In this document: in pieces, positions 1-9,116 of the stretch
How positions within the stretch are numbered: position 1 is the first letter of the stretch
Layout of the letters: every line of letters starts with the position of its first letter
NCBI GenBank assembly: GCA_028286605.1
Contig: JAQBRE010000002.1
Span: forward strand, 262,011 to 326,010
From: Parcubacteria group bacterium
GTDB taxonomy: Bacteria; Patescibacteriota; Minisyncoccia; Phycocordibacterales; Phycocordibacteraceae
DNA: 64,000 nucleotides
Direction of reading: 5' to 3'
Made by a program: the position numbers and the translations under genes
Notes under the pieces: model-generated
Database searches by the model: none
Seen by the model: only the letters and a program-made list of their open reading frames with translations
What the model was told of the DNA's origin: nothing

Positions 1-383
1 CATACTGTTTTTATAAGAATAAGTTCATCGTTGTTCTGGCAGGGCAGACTGGCATGTGGACTCCTCCTGGAGGCAGCGTTGAAGTCGGGGAGTCGCTTGA
101 GGAAGCAGTGGTGCGAGAAGTGCACGAAGAAACAAATATGCGAGTGATCAAGCAATGTTTAATTGGATACCAAGACATTAGTGAATCTGCTGGAATAATT
201 ACTCAAACACGTTCCGTATGTCTCGTTGAGCCGTACGGAGAATTCATTTCTGATCCTGATGGAGACATAACTGAGATTAAGCTCATCGACCCAGATTCCT
301 ATAAAGAATTCTTTGACTGGGGCAAGGTTGGAGATCATATTATGGAACAGTCGCTGATCAAAAAGGAATATCTTTTATCCTAA
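1..383 (+). CDS. NUDIX hydrolase, C-terminal part (5' end lies outside the window)
   Basis: Nudix box GGSVEVGESLEEAVVREVHEETN in the ORF 54..383 frame; the frame stays open to the window start. Confidence 0.6.
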   Translation, partial: YCFYKNKFIVVLAGQTGMWTPPGGSVEVGESLEEAVVREVHEETNMRVIKQCLIGYQDISESAGIITQTRSVCLVEPYGEFISDPDGDITEIKLIDPDSYKEFFDWGKVGDHIMEQSLIKKEYLLS

Positions 384-417
384 TTCCAGCAGCGTCCACC
401 TAGGACGCTCGCGACGC

Positions 418-439
418 AAAAGCCCCATCAGGGGCTTTT
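418..439. terminator. Bidirectional intrinsic terminator
   Basis: AAAA-GCCCC-ATCA-GGGGC-TTTT lying between convergent ORFs. Confidence 0.5.
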
Positions 440-637
440 GCGATATCCGCGCAGCGCATACAGCATCAGCGAGAACCACACCAAGAAAGAAGCCAGTCCT
501 ACGATGAAGAACGAAGCAGCAGTTTGGAAATATATCGCGCTGCTGATCATCTTCCCGAGCCATATTGAGGTAAGAAACATGCCTGCGCAGCATATAAGGC
601 AGACAAGAAATATTCTAAAAAGGATGCGCTCAGCCAT
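428..637 (-). CDS. Small 2-TM membrane protein (hypothetical, doubtful)
   Basis: 69 aa ORF with two hydrophobic helices. Its stop codon lies in the terminator loop and there is no homology support. Confidence 0.25.
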   Translation of the reverse strand: MAERILFRIFLVCLICCAGMFLTSIWLGKMISSAIYFQTAASFFIVGLASFLVWFSLMLYALRGYRKSP

Positions 638-693
638 ATCAATGAGAACTGGGTGGGTAGTGGCTAGGTTACGGCTGGTATACTGGCTATATA

Positions 694-1626
694 ATGAGCC
701 GGAATATCATCCTGACGTGCGTGGCGGCAGCGCTCATCCTCGGCCTGAGCGGCTTCGCGTTCCTGCACAGCTCAAGCCTCGCGCTTCTGAACCCGAGCGG
801 CATCATCGGGGTGCACGAGAAATCCGTCATCATCCTTACCGTGCTGCTTTCGGGCATCATCGTGGTGCCGGTGTTCCTGATGCTCTTCTCGTTCGCGTGG
901 AAGTATCGCGCGGACGATCCTGAGGCTATCGAGCATCACGCGCCGGAGTGGGATCACGACAGCTGGTGGACGGACGAATTGGTGTGGTGGGTGGTGCCAG
1001 GAGTGATCGTGTTCTTGCTTTCGATTCTTGCATGGCAGAGCGCACACACGCTTGATCCGTATGAAGCGCTTACTTCGAAGGAAGCGCCGATAACGGTGCA
1101 GGTGGTCGCGCTTGATTGGAAGTGGCTGTTCATTTATCCGGCACAGGGAATCGCGACGGTGAACATGCTCGAGATTCCAGAGAACACGCCGATACATTTT
1201 GAAATCACCGCAGATGCGCCTATGAATTCCTTCTGGATTCCAAAACTTGGCGGGCAGATAATGGCGATGCAGGGTATGACGAATCAGTTGAATCTTGAGG
1301 CGACCGGAGAGGGAACATACACGGGCGTGTCTGCGAATATAAGCGGCGCAGGATTCGCTGGAATGACATTTCCTGCAAAGAGCGTTTCTAAAGATGAGTT
1401 CGACGCATGGGTGCAGTCTCACAAGAGTGAGGCGCCGCTTAACGCCGACGCGTACGCGGCACTCGCCAAGCCGAGCAGCTATACGCCGCCCGCATACTAT
1501 TCGCTCCCGAATGCGAACTTGTATACTTCAATCATAATGACGTACATGATGCCCGCGAACATGCAGCCTGCGCCGATAGCGATGCCAGCGATGAATATGG
1601 CTTCAACATCTACCACAACGCCATGA
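694..1626 (+). CDS. cyoA: Quinol oxidase subunit II (CyoA/QoxA-type)
   Basis: Signal/TM N-terminus and a cupredoxin-like C-domain (MNSFWIPKLGGQIMAMQGM...GTYTGVSANISGAGFAGM) resembling E. coli CyoA. No Cys/His CuA ligands, so a quinol rather than cytochrome c oxidase. The gene is first in a 4-nt-overlapping operon. Confidence 0.85.
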   Translation: MSRNIILTCVAAALILGLSGFAFLHSSSLALLNPSGIIGVHEKSVIILTVLLSGIIVVPVFLMLFSFAWKYRADDPEAIEHHAPEWDHDSWWTDELVWWVVPGVIVFLLSILAWQSAHTLDPYEALTSKEAPITVQVVALDWKWLFIYPAQGIATVNMLEIPENTPIHFEITADAPMNSFWIPKLGGQIMAMQGMTNQLNLEATGEGTYTGVSANISGAGFAGMTFPAKSVSKDEFDAWVQSHKSEAPLNADAYAALAKPSSYTPPAYYSLPNANLYTSIIMTYMMPANMQPAPIAMPAMNMASTSTTTP

Positions 1627-3593
1627 ACTGGTACTCACTGATATTCGGTACGCTCTCGTGGTCTCAGTTGCCGCAGAATCCTATTGCGTGGTTCGGCGCA
1701 TGCTGCGTGCTGCTCGGCGGCCTTGTGGTGCTCGGCATCATCACCTATAACAAATTCTGGACGCGTCTGTGGAAAGAATGGCTTACCTCGGTTGATCCGA
1801 AACGTATCGGCGTGATGTATCTGGTGGTCGCAGCGATTATGCTTGCGCGTGGAGGTGTCGATGCATTGCTGATGCGCGCGCAGCAGGCAACTTCAGTGGG
1901 GGATTCGCAGGGAATACTTACTGCGCAGCATTTCCAGGAGATCTTCTCGGCGCATGGCTCGATCATGATCTTCTTCGTGGCGATGGGATTCATGTTCGGC
2001 CTTATCAATCTTATTCTTCCGCTGCAAATAGGCGCACGCGATGTTGCATTCCCATTCCTGAACTCGCTCAGCTTCTGGCTGTTCGCCGCCGGCGCAGTGC
2101 TGGTGAATGTGTCGCTCGTGCTGGGTGATTTCTCTGCGGCGGGCTGGCTGGCATACCCGCCGCTCTCTGAGCTCGCCTATAGTCCGACGGTGGGCGTGGA
2201 CTACTGGCTGTGGAGCCTGCAGATATCTGGCATCGGGTCTTTGCTTTCAGGAGTGAACTTCCTCGTTACTATCGTGCGCATGCGCTGCAAGGGAATGACA
2301 TACATGAAGATGCCGATGTTCGTATGGAGCGTCTTCGGCGCAATGTGGCTCGTCGTGGTCTCGTTCCCGATACTCACCGTTACGCTCGCGCTGCTCGCGC
2401 TTGATCGAACAGCCGGCATGCACTTCTTCACGGCCGGCTTCGGCGGCAACATGATGATGTATGTGAACTTGATTTGGGCATGGGGCCATCCTGAAGTGTA
2501 CATACTGATTCTTCCGGCCTTCGGTATTTTCTCGGAAGTGGTGCCGGTGTTCTCCGGCAAGAAGCTTGCCGGCTACACGTCTATGGTGCTTTCAATCATG
2601 GCGATCGTCGCGCTTTCGTTCCTCGTGTGGCTGCATCATTTCTTTACGATGGGCGCCGGTGCGGATGTGAACGCGTTCTTCGGCATCATGACGGCAGTGA
2701 TCGCGATACCGACGGGCGTGAAGATCTTCAACTGGATTTTCACTATGTATAAAGGACGCATCCGCTTCACGACGCCGATGCTGTGGTTCATGGGCTTCGT
2801 CGTGCTGTTCACGCTTGGTGGCATCGCCGGCGTGGTGATGGCGGAACCGCCGGCAGACTATCAGCTGCATAACAGCCTGTTCCTGGTGGCGCACTTCCAT
2901 ACGATGATCGTGAGCGGCGTGCTCTTCGGCTACTTCGCCGGCCTAACGTATTGGTTCCCGAAGATATTCGGCTTCCGCCTTGATGAACGCCTGGGTCGTC
3001 GTGCATTCTGGTTCTGGCTCTTCGGGTTCATCCTTGCCTTCGGTCCGCTCTATGTGCTCGGCCTCATGGGTGCCACACGACGTATCGACCACTACGCTGC
3101 TGCGACCGGCTGGCAAGGCTGGTTCATAATTGCCGCTATCGGCGCGGTGCTTATTGCGTGTGGCTTCATTACGCAGATCATGCAGCTCGTGCACAGCATC
3201 AAGTGTCGCAATGATCGTCGCGACACTACCGGCGATCCGTGGAATGGCCGCACGCTCGAATGGTCGGTGGTTTCGCCGGCACCGTTCTATAACTTCGCAA
3301 CGCTTCCGGTGGTTGAGCAGCGCGACCCATTCTGGTATTCGAAAGGTTCGCAGCTGCTAAAGCAGGAAACATACGAAGATATCGTGATGCCGAAGAATAC
3401 GAGCGCAGGGCTCATCATCGCCGGCTTCGTATTCTTATGTGCCTTCGGTATCGTGTGGCACATGTGGCTGCTCGTTGGCATTGCGTTGCTGGGTGCAATC
3501 ATTACAGTGCTCGTTCGCGTATTTAGCGAAGAAACGGAATATGTGGTTACGGCGAGCGAAGTGGAACGGATAGAGCGCATGCATACTATATGA
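1623..3593 (+). CDS. cyoB: Heme-copper oxidase subunit I
   Basis: 656 aa with 12+ TM helices; classic subunit I motifs (GHPEVYILILP, HHFFTMG, VAHFH). The ATGA overlaps with cyoA and cyoC. Confidence 0.95.
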   Translation: MNWYSLIFGTLSWSQLPQNPIAWFGACCVLLGGLVVLGIITYNKFWTRLWKEWLTSVDPKRIGVMYLVVAAIMLARGGVDALLMRAQQATSVGDSQGILTAQHFQEIFSAHGSIMIFFVAMGFMFGLINLILPLQIGARDVAFPFLNSLSFWLFAAGAVLVNVSLVLGDFSAAGWLAYPPLSELAYSPTVGVDYWLWSLQISGIGSLLSGVNFLVTIVRMRCKGMTYMKMPMFVWSVFGAMWLVVVSFPILTVTLALLALDRTAGMHFFTAGFGGNMMMYVNLIWAWGHPEVYILILPAFGIFSEVVPVFSGKKLAGYTSMVLSIMAIVALSFLVWLHHFFTMGAGADVNAFFGIMTAVIAIPTGVKIFNWIFTMYKGRIRFTTPMLWFMGFVVLFTLGGIAGVVMAEPPADYQLHNSLFLVAHFHTMIVSGVLFGYFAGLTYWFPKIFGFRLDERLGRRAFWFWLFGFILAFGPLYVLGLMGATRRIDHYAAATGWQGWFIIAAIGAVLIACGFITQIMQLVHSIKCRNDRRDTTGDPWNGRTLEWSVVSPAPFYNFATLPVVEQRDPFWYSKGSQLLKQETYEDIVMPKNTSAGLIIAGFVFLCAFGIVWHMWLLVGIALLGAIITVLVRVFSEETEYVVTASEVERIERMHTI

Positions 3594-4171
3594 ACGGCAT
3601 CATGAACGACATGAAAAAAGATTCTACGACGGTGTTCGGATTCTGGGTATACCTGATGACGGACTTCGTACTCTTCGCATCGCTTTTCGCGGTATATGCC
3701 GTATTGCATGCAAATACGTTCGGCGGCGTAGGAGGAAAAGATATCTTCAACGCGCCGTTCGTGCTTATTGAAACGATAATCCTGCTCACGAGCAGTTTCA
3801 CCACCGGCCTCGCGCTTCTTGCAGCAAAGGCAGGGAAGAAGTGGTGGGTATTGATTCTGCTTCTTGCGACGGCTGCGCTCGGTGCTGCGTTCGTATCGCT
3901 CGAGTTCAGTGAGTTCAGCACTCTCGTACTCGAAGGTCACCGTTGGACGCAAAGTGGTTTTCTGTCGGCATACTTTACATTGGTGGGAACACACGGCTTA
4001 CACGTTTTGATCGGCTTGCTGTGGATGGTGGCACTCATGATCGCTATCATCCGTCATGGCCTTACGCAGCCGAACATGCGCAAGCTCTTGCTCTTCAGCT
4101 TGTTCTGGCACTTCCTTGATATCATCTGGATATTCATCTTTACGCTCGTATACCTATTCGGTCTCCTATGA
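3590..4171 (+). CDS. cyoC: Quinol oxidase subunit III
   Basis: 193 aa with 5 TM helices, consistent with the subunit III fold; sits in the operon. Confidence 0.85.
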   Translation: MNGIMNDMKKDSTTVFGFWVYLMTDFVLFASLFAVYAVLHANTFGGVGGKDIFNAPFVLIETIILLTSSFTTGLALLAAKAGKKWWVLILLLATAALGAAFVSLEFSEFSTLVLEGHRWTQSGFLSAYFTLVGTHGLHVLIGLLWMVALMIAIIRHGLTQPNMRKLLLFSLFWHFLDIIWIFIFTLVYLFGLL

Positions 4172-4572
4172 ACACTCGCACTTATTTCGAAGACGTCGGC
4201 GCCTGGCCGGCAGCAGAAGGAAAGCCGCACCTGGTATGGCCTGCCTACGTACTTGGCTTTATTCTTTCGCTCCTGCTTACATTCGCTGCGTACGGCGTGG
4301 TGGTGTATCACGTCCTACCCGTATCGCTTACGTATGTGATCGCGGTGCTGATAGGGCTCGCTGGCATACAGTTCCTCGTGCAGCTCGTGTTCTTCTTCCA
4401 CTTGAGCGCACAGCACGCTGCGCGCGAACGTCTCATCATTCTTGGCGGCACGATAATAATCGTTGGAATACTGCTTTCCGGTTCTATCTGGATCATGTTC
4501 ACGCTTGATCAGCGAATGATGCCGAGCGCTACGCAGATGACGCACTACATGGATACGCAGGCTGGTATTTAA
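4168..4572 (+). CDS. cyoD: Quinol oxidase subunit IV
   Basis: 134 aa with 3 TM helices. Its position after subunit III matches CyoD. Confidence 0.7.
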   Translation: MNTRTYFEDVGAWPAAEGKPHLVWPAYVLGFILSLLLTFAAYGVVVYHVLPVSLTYVIAVLIGLAGIQFLVQLVFFFHLSAQHAARERLIILGGTIIIVGILLSGSIWIMFTLDQRMMPSATQMTHYMDTQAGI

Positions 4573-4574
4573 TC

Positions 4575-5438
4575 ATGTTCAAGAACTATTATCGTTTAGC
4601 GAAGCCAGGGATCGTATACGGCAATACGTTCACCACGCTTGCAGGATTTTTGTTCGCATCGCAATTGAATTTCAGCCCTCTGACGATTATCCTCCTGCTC
4701 GCTACGCTCGCAGGTCTGGGCCTCGTCATAGCATCCGCTGCGGTATTCAATAACTATCTTGATCGCGATATCGATAAGAAGATGGAACGCACCAGCAAGC
4801 GCCCGCTTGTGACGGGTGTTATCAGCCCGCGTGCCGCGCTTATATATGGAACAGTATTAGGGCTCATCGGATTCGCGATTCTTTTCTTTTTCGTAAATAT
4901 ACTCAGTACAGAAATCGCGCTCTTCGGATTCATCTTCTACGCGCTCATCTATACGATAGCGAAACACAAGACGTCATGGGCTGCGGTTATCGGAAGCATC
5001 CCGGGCGCCGTGCCGATCGTCGTGGGATACACGGCCGTAACAAATCATCTCGATATCTCTGCGCTCATTCTTTTCATCGTAATGGTGGCGTGGCAGATGC
5101 CGCACTTCTATGCGATCGCGGTCTATCGCCTGAAGGAATATGAAGCAGCTGGCATACCCGTGCTTCCTGCAAAGAAGGGAATAGCACGAACGAAGATTCA
5201 CATGCTTCTGTACATCATCGCGTTTCTGGTTGCCGCTATCGCGCTTTTCGCGTTCGGCTACGTCGGCTACGTATATCTCGTACTCATTCTTACCTTCGGT
5301 CTTTCATGGCTCTGGCGCAGCATCAAGGGATTCAAAACCTCTGATGACCCGAAATGGGCACGCAGCTTATTTCTTTACTCGCTTGTCGTGCTGGTCGCAT
5401 TCTGCGTCGCTATCATTCTTGGCCCCGTCCTACCGTAG
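4575..5438 (+). CDS. cyoE: Protoheme IX farnesyltransferase (heme O synthase)
   Basis: UbiA-family polytopic protein; the motif NNYLDRDIDKKMERT is an Asp-rich prenyltransferase motif. Its position right after cyoD is as in bo3 operons. Confidence 0.9.
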   Translation: MFKNYYRLAKPGIVYGNTFTTLAGFLFASQLNFSPLTIILLLATLAGLGLVIASAAVFNNYLDRDIDKKMERTSKRPLVTGVISPRAALIYGTVLGLIGFAILFFFVNILSTEIALFGFIFYALIYTIAKHKTSWAAVIGSIPGAVPIVVGYTAVTNHLDISALILFIVMVAWQMPHFYAIAVYRLKEYEAAGIPVLPAKKGIARTKIHMLLYIIAFLVAAIALFAFGYVGYVYLVLILTFGLSWLWRSIKGFKTSDDPKWARSLFLYSLVVLVAFCVAIILGPVLP

Positions 5439-6086
5439 GCGCTCTTTCAGTCCATCGAACATCACGACATCAGTCGCGTAATCTATCAGGCCAGGCAGGG
5501 AAGGAGGAATCAGTTTCGCTGATCTACCATTCGGTTTCGCAAGGCGAAGGCGCAGATGGAAGGAAGTGCTCGTCGGCGTATCATTTTCCAGTACAAGTGC
5601 CCAGGTGAATGCATACGGTTGCGCCGTGGTGGTCGCTTCGCCATTATGGAATGATCCGTACACGACGTACTGATTCTGCTGCAACGAAAGCACTTTCAAT
5701 GAACCGCCGCCCCAATCGGGAACAACATCGCCTACGTTCATATGCTGGAATTGCTGAAGCGTCGTGCTTGCCGCATGTTCGTGAAGTACATCCTCCAGCC
5801 AGAACGGTGCATACCAGCCGCCGCGATCTTTTCCGAGCTGCTGTATCCACGGCCACGCAACCTCTGCTGAAACCGGAAGCGTTGCTGCGCGGTCTATCGA
5901 GATCCACGGATCAGCAATGACCTTGTCGCCGGGCAATGCTTCAGAAATTTGTGCAGGAGTTACACCTGAATGCGTGCCAAGGATGTGGACCGCCAGAACG
6001 AGAACAACAATAACCGCCAGAACGATGACTAGAATAGTGCGTGTGCGTTTCATCTTTCTATAGTAGCGCCTTTCCAATCCCATCAT
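5430..6086 (-). CDS. Membrane-anchored SRPBCC-like protein (hypothetical)
   Basis: N-terminal TM (KRTRTILVIVLAVIVVLVL), then a Trp-rich roughly 160 aa domain with an SRPBCC/polyketide-cyclase-like pattern. The likely start is the internal Met near 6053. Confidence 0.45.
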   Translation of the reverse strand: MMGLERRYYRKMKRTRTILVIVLAVIVVLVLAVHILGTHSGVTPAQISEALPGDKVIADPWISIDRAATLPVSAEVAWPWIQQLGKDRGGWYAPFWLEDVLHEHAASTTLQQFQHMNVGDVVPDWGGGSLKVLSLQQNQYVVYGSFHNGEATTTAQPYAFTWALVLENDTPTSTSFHLRLRLAKPNGRSAKLIPPSLPGLIDYATDVVMFDGLKERLR

Positions 6087-6154
6087 TTGATGAATAGTGG
6101 AATTATGCCGTTTCTGCTAGACTGCCGACAGATTGAAATCAACGAGGTGCGGTA

Positions 6155-6598
6155 ATGGATATGTTCTCACTCGAAGTCCCGTTGAGCGTCTTGATGCTCA
6201 AGGTGCTCGTTTTTGGTCTGGTTGCGCTCCTTGGCCTCCAACTTAAAGATGCAGCCCAGCTGGGCAAGGATCTTCATGCAGACCGTACGCAAAGTGATCG
6301 CCTATACAAGATTCTGCTTCGGCGGAAGAAAACCTTAACGTTCTATATATTCTGCTCGATTATCTTCAGTATTTTGGCAATTGAGGCAACGGTGCAGGTT
6401 ACCGGCAGACGCGATGCATTTCCGACTCTGCTTCCATTCCATCTGGTTTTCGCATTCATATTCTTCGCTCTATTCGTCACTCTCTTGGTACTGAACGGCC
6501 ACCGGCATCCGAGACAGCATCGCAAGATTGCCATTATGTTCATTGTGTTCGGTATGGTGGCTCTCATAAGCGGTCTCTATATGCTCGTGAAGATGTAG
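6155..6598 (+). CDS. Hypothetical 4-TM membrane protein
   Basis: 147 aa ORF preceded by a GAGGTG Shine-Dalgarno sequence 8 nt upstream; four hydrophobic segments. Confidence 0.5.
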   Translation: MDMFSLEVPLSVLMLKVLVFGLVALLGLQLKDAAQLGKDLHADRTQSDRLYKILLRRKKTLTFYIFCSIIFSILAIEATVQVTGRRDAFPTLLPFHLVFAFIFFALFVTLLVLNGHRHPRQHRKIAIMFIVFGMVALISGLYMLVKM

Positions 6599-6660
6599 AC
6601 AATGAGGAACCCCACTCGCGCATGCGTGAGTGGGGCCTCTTTCTATCTTTCGTTCAATCG

Positions 6661-7044
6661 TTATTCGCCCACCTCGTGCAGATCTTCCTGTATCGTGCTG
6701 CGCAAGTCGTTGAACTCCTTCGTGAGGCGATCAAGCTTCTCGTCGGCACTATCTTCGATATCGATGAAATCATTACGTGCAGGATCGATCGAGCGGATGA
6801 TCTCATCCAGCTTCAGATGAATTGCATGCGCATCGCGATTCTGTGTGTTCTGAATCAGGAACACCATGAGGAACGTAAGGATCGTCGTACCGGTATTAAT
6901 CACCAGCTGCCAGGTGTTGGAGAACTGGAAGATCGGTCCGGTAAGTGCCCAGACGACCACCAGCAATACGGCAACGATGAAACCGAACGGCGAACCTGTC
7001 GCCTTGCTCGTCCACTGGGCTGTCTTGCGGAACAGATTCTTCAT
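6661..7044 (-). CDS. Low-affinity iron permease-like small membrane protein (PF04120-like)
   Basis: 127 aa; the motif WQLVINTGTTILTFLMVFLIQNTQNRD resembles the Iron_permease family signature from memory; it has an acidic C-terminal tail. Confidence 0.5.
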   Translation of the reverse strand: MKNLFRKTAQWTSKATGSPFGFIVAVLLVVVWALTGPIFQFSNTWQLVINTGTTILTFLMVFLIQNTQNRDAHAIHLKLDEIIRSIDPARNDFIDIEDSADEKLDRLTKEFNDLRSTIQEDLHEVGE

Positions 7045-7051
7045 ACGGATA

Positions 7052-7270
7052 TTATGCCTGCTCGCTACGTGCGTAGCACTTGCAGCCGCCTGAACAGAAC
7101 TGCACGAGACCGATAAGAATGATTATAATTGGCCATGCGAAGCGGGCGATAGTAACATCCAGATAGCCGAGGGTTCCAAGAAGGAAGTTCAATCCGAAGA
7201 GCATGATAAGGATTGGAACTATCTTGTGATGAGGGCAACGGCAAGCCGATGCTGAGTTAACGTGATTCAT
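7052..7270 (-). CDS. Small Cys-containing membrane protein (hypothetical)
   Basis: 72 aa with 2 TM helices and CxC/CxC pairs; immediately upstream of, and co-directional with, 6661..7044. Confidence 0.4.
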   Translation of the reverse strand: MNHVNSASACRCPHHKIVPILIMLFGLNFLLGTLGYLDVTIARFAWPIIIILIGLVQFCSGGCKCYARSEQA

Positions 7271-7434
7271 GTACTGAAATTATTGGGTATGCCTTAAGAA
7301 TAACATTGAAAAAAAGCAAGAAATACCGTAGTGTTCAAGGGTTCGCCTATAGAACAAAAGCCGATGTAGGCTTATGAAGCCTGCAGCGTGCTCTCTCGGG
7401 CGAAAAGACATAAGAATGTCTTTTACCCTCGTTC

Positions 7435-7507
7435 GCCGATGTAGCTCAGGGGTAGAGCAACTCCATGGTAAGGAGTAGGTCGACAGTTCAATTCTGTCCA
7501 TCGGCTC
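7435..7507 (+). tRNA. tRNA-Thr (anticodon GGT)
   Basis: Manual cloverleaf: acceptor GCCGATG/CATCGGC, D-arm GCTC-AGGGGTA-GAGC, anticodon stem ACTCC/GGAGT with loop ATGGTAA, T-arm GACAG-TTCAATT-CTGTC. Confidence 0.85.
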
Positions 7508-7604
7508 AACAAAAAGTGAAGAACAGCTAAAATATTCCTGGGGCTCTTCTAAAGGAAAGCTGAAGAGTCCTTTTCAGGCACAACCCATTTCTTATAATTA
7601 ATGG

Positions 7605-8045
7605 ATGTCTAATCCGAAGAAAGCAAGAACTCCTTGTCTTGTTTGTTCAAAAGAACCGGCACGCGCAGCATATAAATACTGCAGCAATTCATGTCAGCAA
7701 GAATTCGAATACCGAATGTACATTGAAGAGTGGAAAAGAGGAGAAATATCTGGTCTGGCGAAGATTGGAATCGTATCCAGTACCGTTAAGCGATATCTGA
7801 GAAGAAAATTTAATAACAAATGTTGCGTGTGCGGATGGGAAGAAGTGAATACCAAAACCGGGCTCGTCCCTCTTGTGGCAGATCATATCGACGGGAATTG
7901 GCATAATAACAACGAAAGCAATTTGCGACTTATTTGTCCAAACTGTGATTCACTCACTCATACGTATGCAGCTCTAAATAAAGGAAAAGGAAGGGATAAT
8001 CGTGCTAAAAGTAAACGATCGATGGATGCCCACATGCTTGTCTAA
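7605..8045 (+). CDS. HNH endonuclease
   Basis: 146 aa with an N-terminal CxxC...CxxC pair and the HNH core DHIDGNWHNNNESNLRLICPNCD. Confidence 0.8.
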   Translation: MSNPKKARTPCLVCSKEPARAAYKYCSNSCQQEFEYRMYIEEWKRGEISGLAKIGIVSSTVKRYLRRKFNNKCCVCGWEEVNTKTGLVPLVADHIDGNWHNNNESNLRLICPNCDSLTHTYAALNKGKGRDNRAKSKRSMDAHMLV

Positions 8046-8074
8046 ATGTGCTTTGAAAGGTAATGTTTTCAAAT

Positions 8075-8150
8075 GCCGAGGTAGCTCAGTTGGTAGAGCG
8101 GCGGTATCGTAAATCGTAGGTCGGGAGTTCAAGCCTCCCCCTCGGCTCCA
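8075..8150 (+). tRNA. tRNA-Thr (anticodon CGT), CCA encoded
   Basis: Acceptor GCCGAGG/CCTCGGC, T-arm GGGAG-TTCAAGC-CTCCC, anticodon stem GCGGT/ATCGT (two G-U pairs), loop ATCGTAA. The anticodon assignment is less certain than the tRNA call itself. Confidence 0.75.
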
Positions 8151-8158
8151 ATGCAAGC

Positions 8159-8182
8159 AAAAACCGCCGCAAGGCGGTTTTT
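8159..8182. terminator. Intrinsic terminator after the tRNA
   Basis: ACCGCC-GCAA-GGCGGT followed by TTTTT. Confidence 0.6.
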
Positions 8183-8196
8183 GCTATACTTGCAAG

Positions 8197-9099
8197 ATGA
8201 ATCCCGAAGAACGACTCACGGAGATAGAAGCGCTGATGGCATCGCCTAGCTTCTGGAGCGACAAGGACAATGCGCAGAAAGTAGTGCGCGAATATCAGTC
8301 GCTTAAAGAGGGTGGCTCAGGCGATCCGGCAGACGCTCACGACGCGGGCTCAGCAACGCTCGCCATACTCGCCGGCGCAGGCGGCGATGATGCGGAAGAT
8401 TTCGCACGTATGCTGCGCGGCATGTACGAAGGGTACGCGAGCAATAAAGGATGGACCGCACGCGAATTGCATGCGAACGAGAACAATCACGGCGGCTACC
8501 GGAACGTGCTTCTTGAAATAGAAGGACGCGGTGCGTATGGCCGGCTTAAGAAAGAAAGTGGCGTGCACCGCCTCGTGCGCATCTCGCCGTTCAACGCGAA
8601 CGACAAGCGCCAGACTTCATTCGCTCTGGTAGAAGTATTGCCGGTGCTCGCGCCGAATGAACAGGTTGCGCTGAATCCGGATGATCTCGAAGTGACGTTC
8701 GCCCGCTCCGGAGGAGCGGGAGGTCAGAACGTGAACAAGCGCGAAACTGCCGTGCGTATCACACATGTCCCTACCGGCATCTCCGTACACGTTTCCAGCG
8801 AACGCAGCCAGCAAGCGAATCGCGAAAAGGCAGAAGCCTTCATAAAAGCTAAGATATTTGCAAAAGAAGAAGAGAAGCGCCAAGCCGAGGCAAAAGGCCG
8901 CTCGATAGCCGCTACCACGGCAAATGAATGGGGAAGCCAGATGCGCTCGTACGTCCTTCACCCGTATAAGATGGTGAAAGATCACGAAACAGGCCACGAA
9001 TCATCGAATCCTGACGCTGTTTTGGGTGGTGACCTCGATGCATTCATCGATGCAGCCAATGCCGAACCACAGGAATCTGGGCAGGTCGAGGGTGAGTAG
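8197..9099 (+). CDS. prfB: Peptide chain release factor 2 (compact, no frameshift site)
   Basis: SPF tripeptide ([11 protein letters not shown]) plus the GGQ motif ([11 protein letters not shown]). It is 300 aa and starts just after the terminator, with no room for the N-terminal +1 frameshift region. Confidence 0.85.
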   Translation: MNPEERLTEIEALMASPSFWSDKDNAQKVVREYQSLKEGGSGDPADAHDAGSATLAILAGAGGDDAEDFARMLRGMYEGYASNKGWTARELHANENNHGGYRNVLLEIEGRGAYGRLKKESGVHRLVRISPFNANDKRQTSFALVEVLPVLAPNEQVALNPDDLEVTFARSGGAGGQNVNKRETAVRITHVPTGISVHVSSERSQQANREKAEAFIKAKIFAKEEEKRQAEAKGRSIAATTANEWGSQMRSYVLHPYKMVKDHETGHESSNPDAVLGGDLDAFIDAANAEPQESGQVEGE

Positions 9100-9116
9100 G
9101 GTATAATAATCCGGTC

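Noticed and set aside
438-923. 161-aa plus-strand ORF overlapping the cyoA start
   Set aside because: It is out of frame with and overlaps cyoA, which has clear homology. The Arg/Pro-rich translation is typical of an off-frame GC-rich read.
1745-3994. Multiple ORFs antisense to or overlapping cyoB/cyoC (1745..2008-, 2201..2560-, 2592..2900-, 3287..3994- and others)
   Set aside because: All lie inside the strongly supported oxidase genes and show His/Arg-rich off-frame composition.
8150-8200. Programmed +1 frameshift site (CUU UGA C) upstream of prfB
   Set aside because: Only about 45 nt separate tRNA-Thr from the prfB ATG, and this space is occupied by a terminator hairpin. No upstream ORF0 is present.
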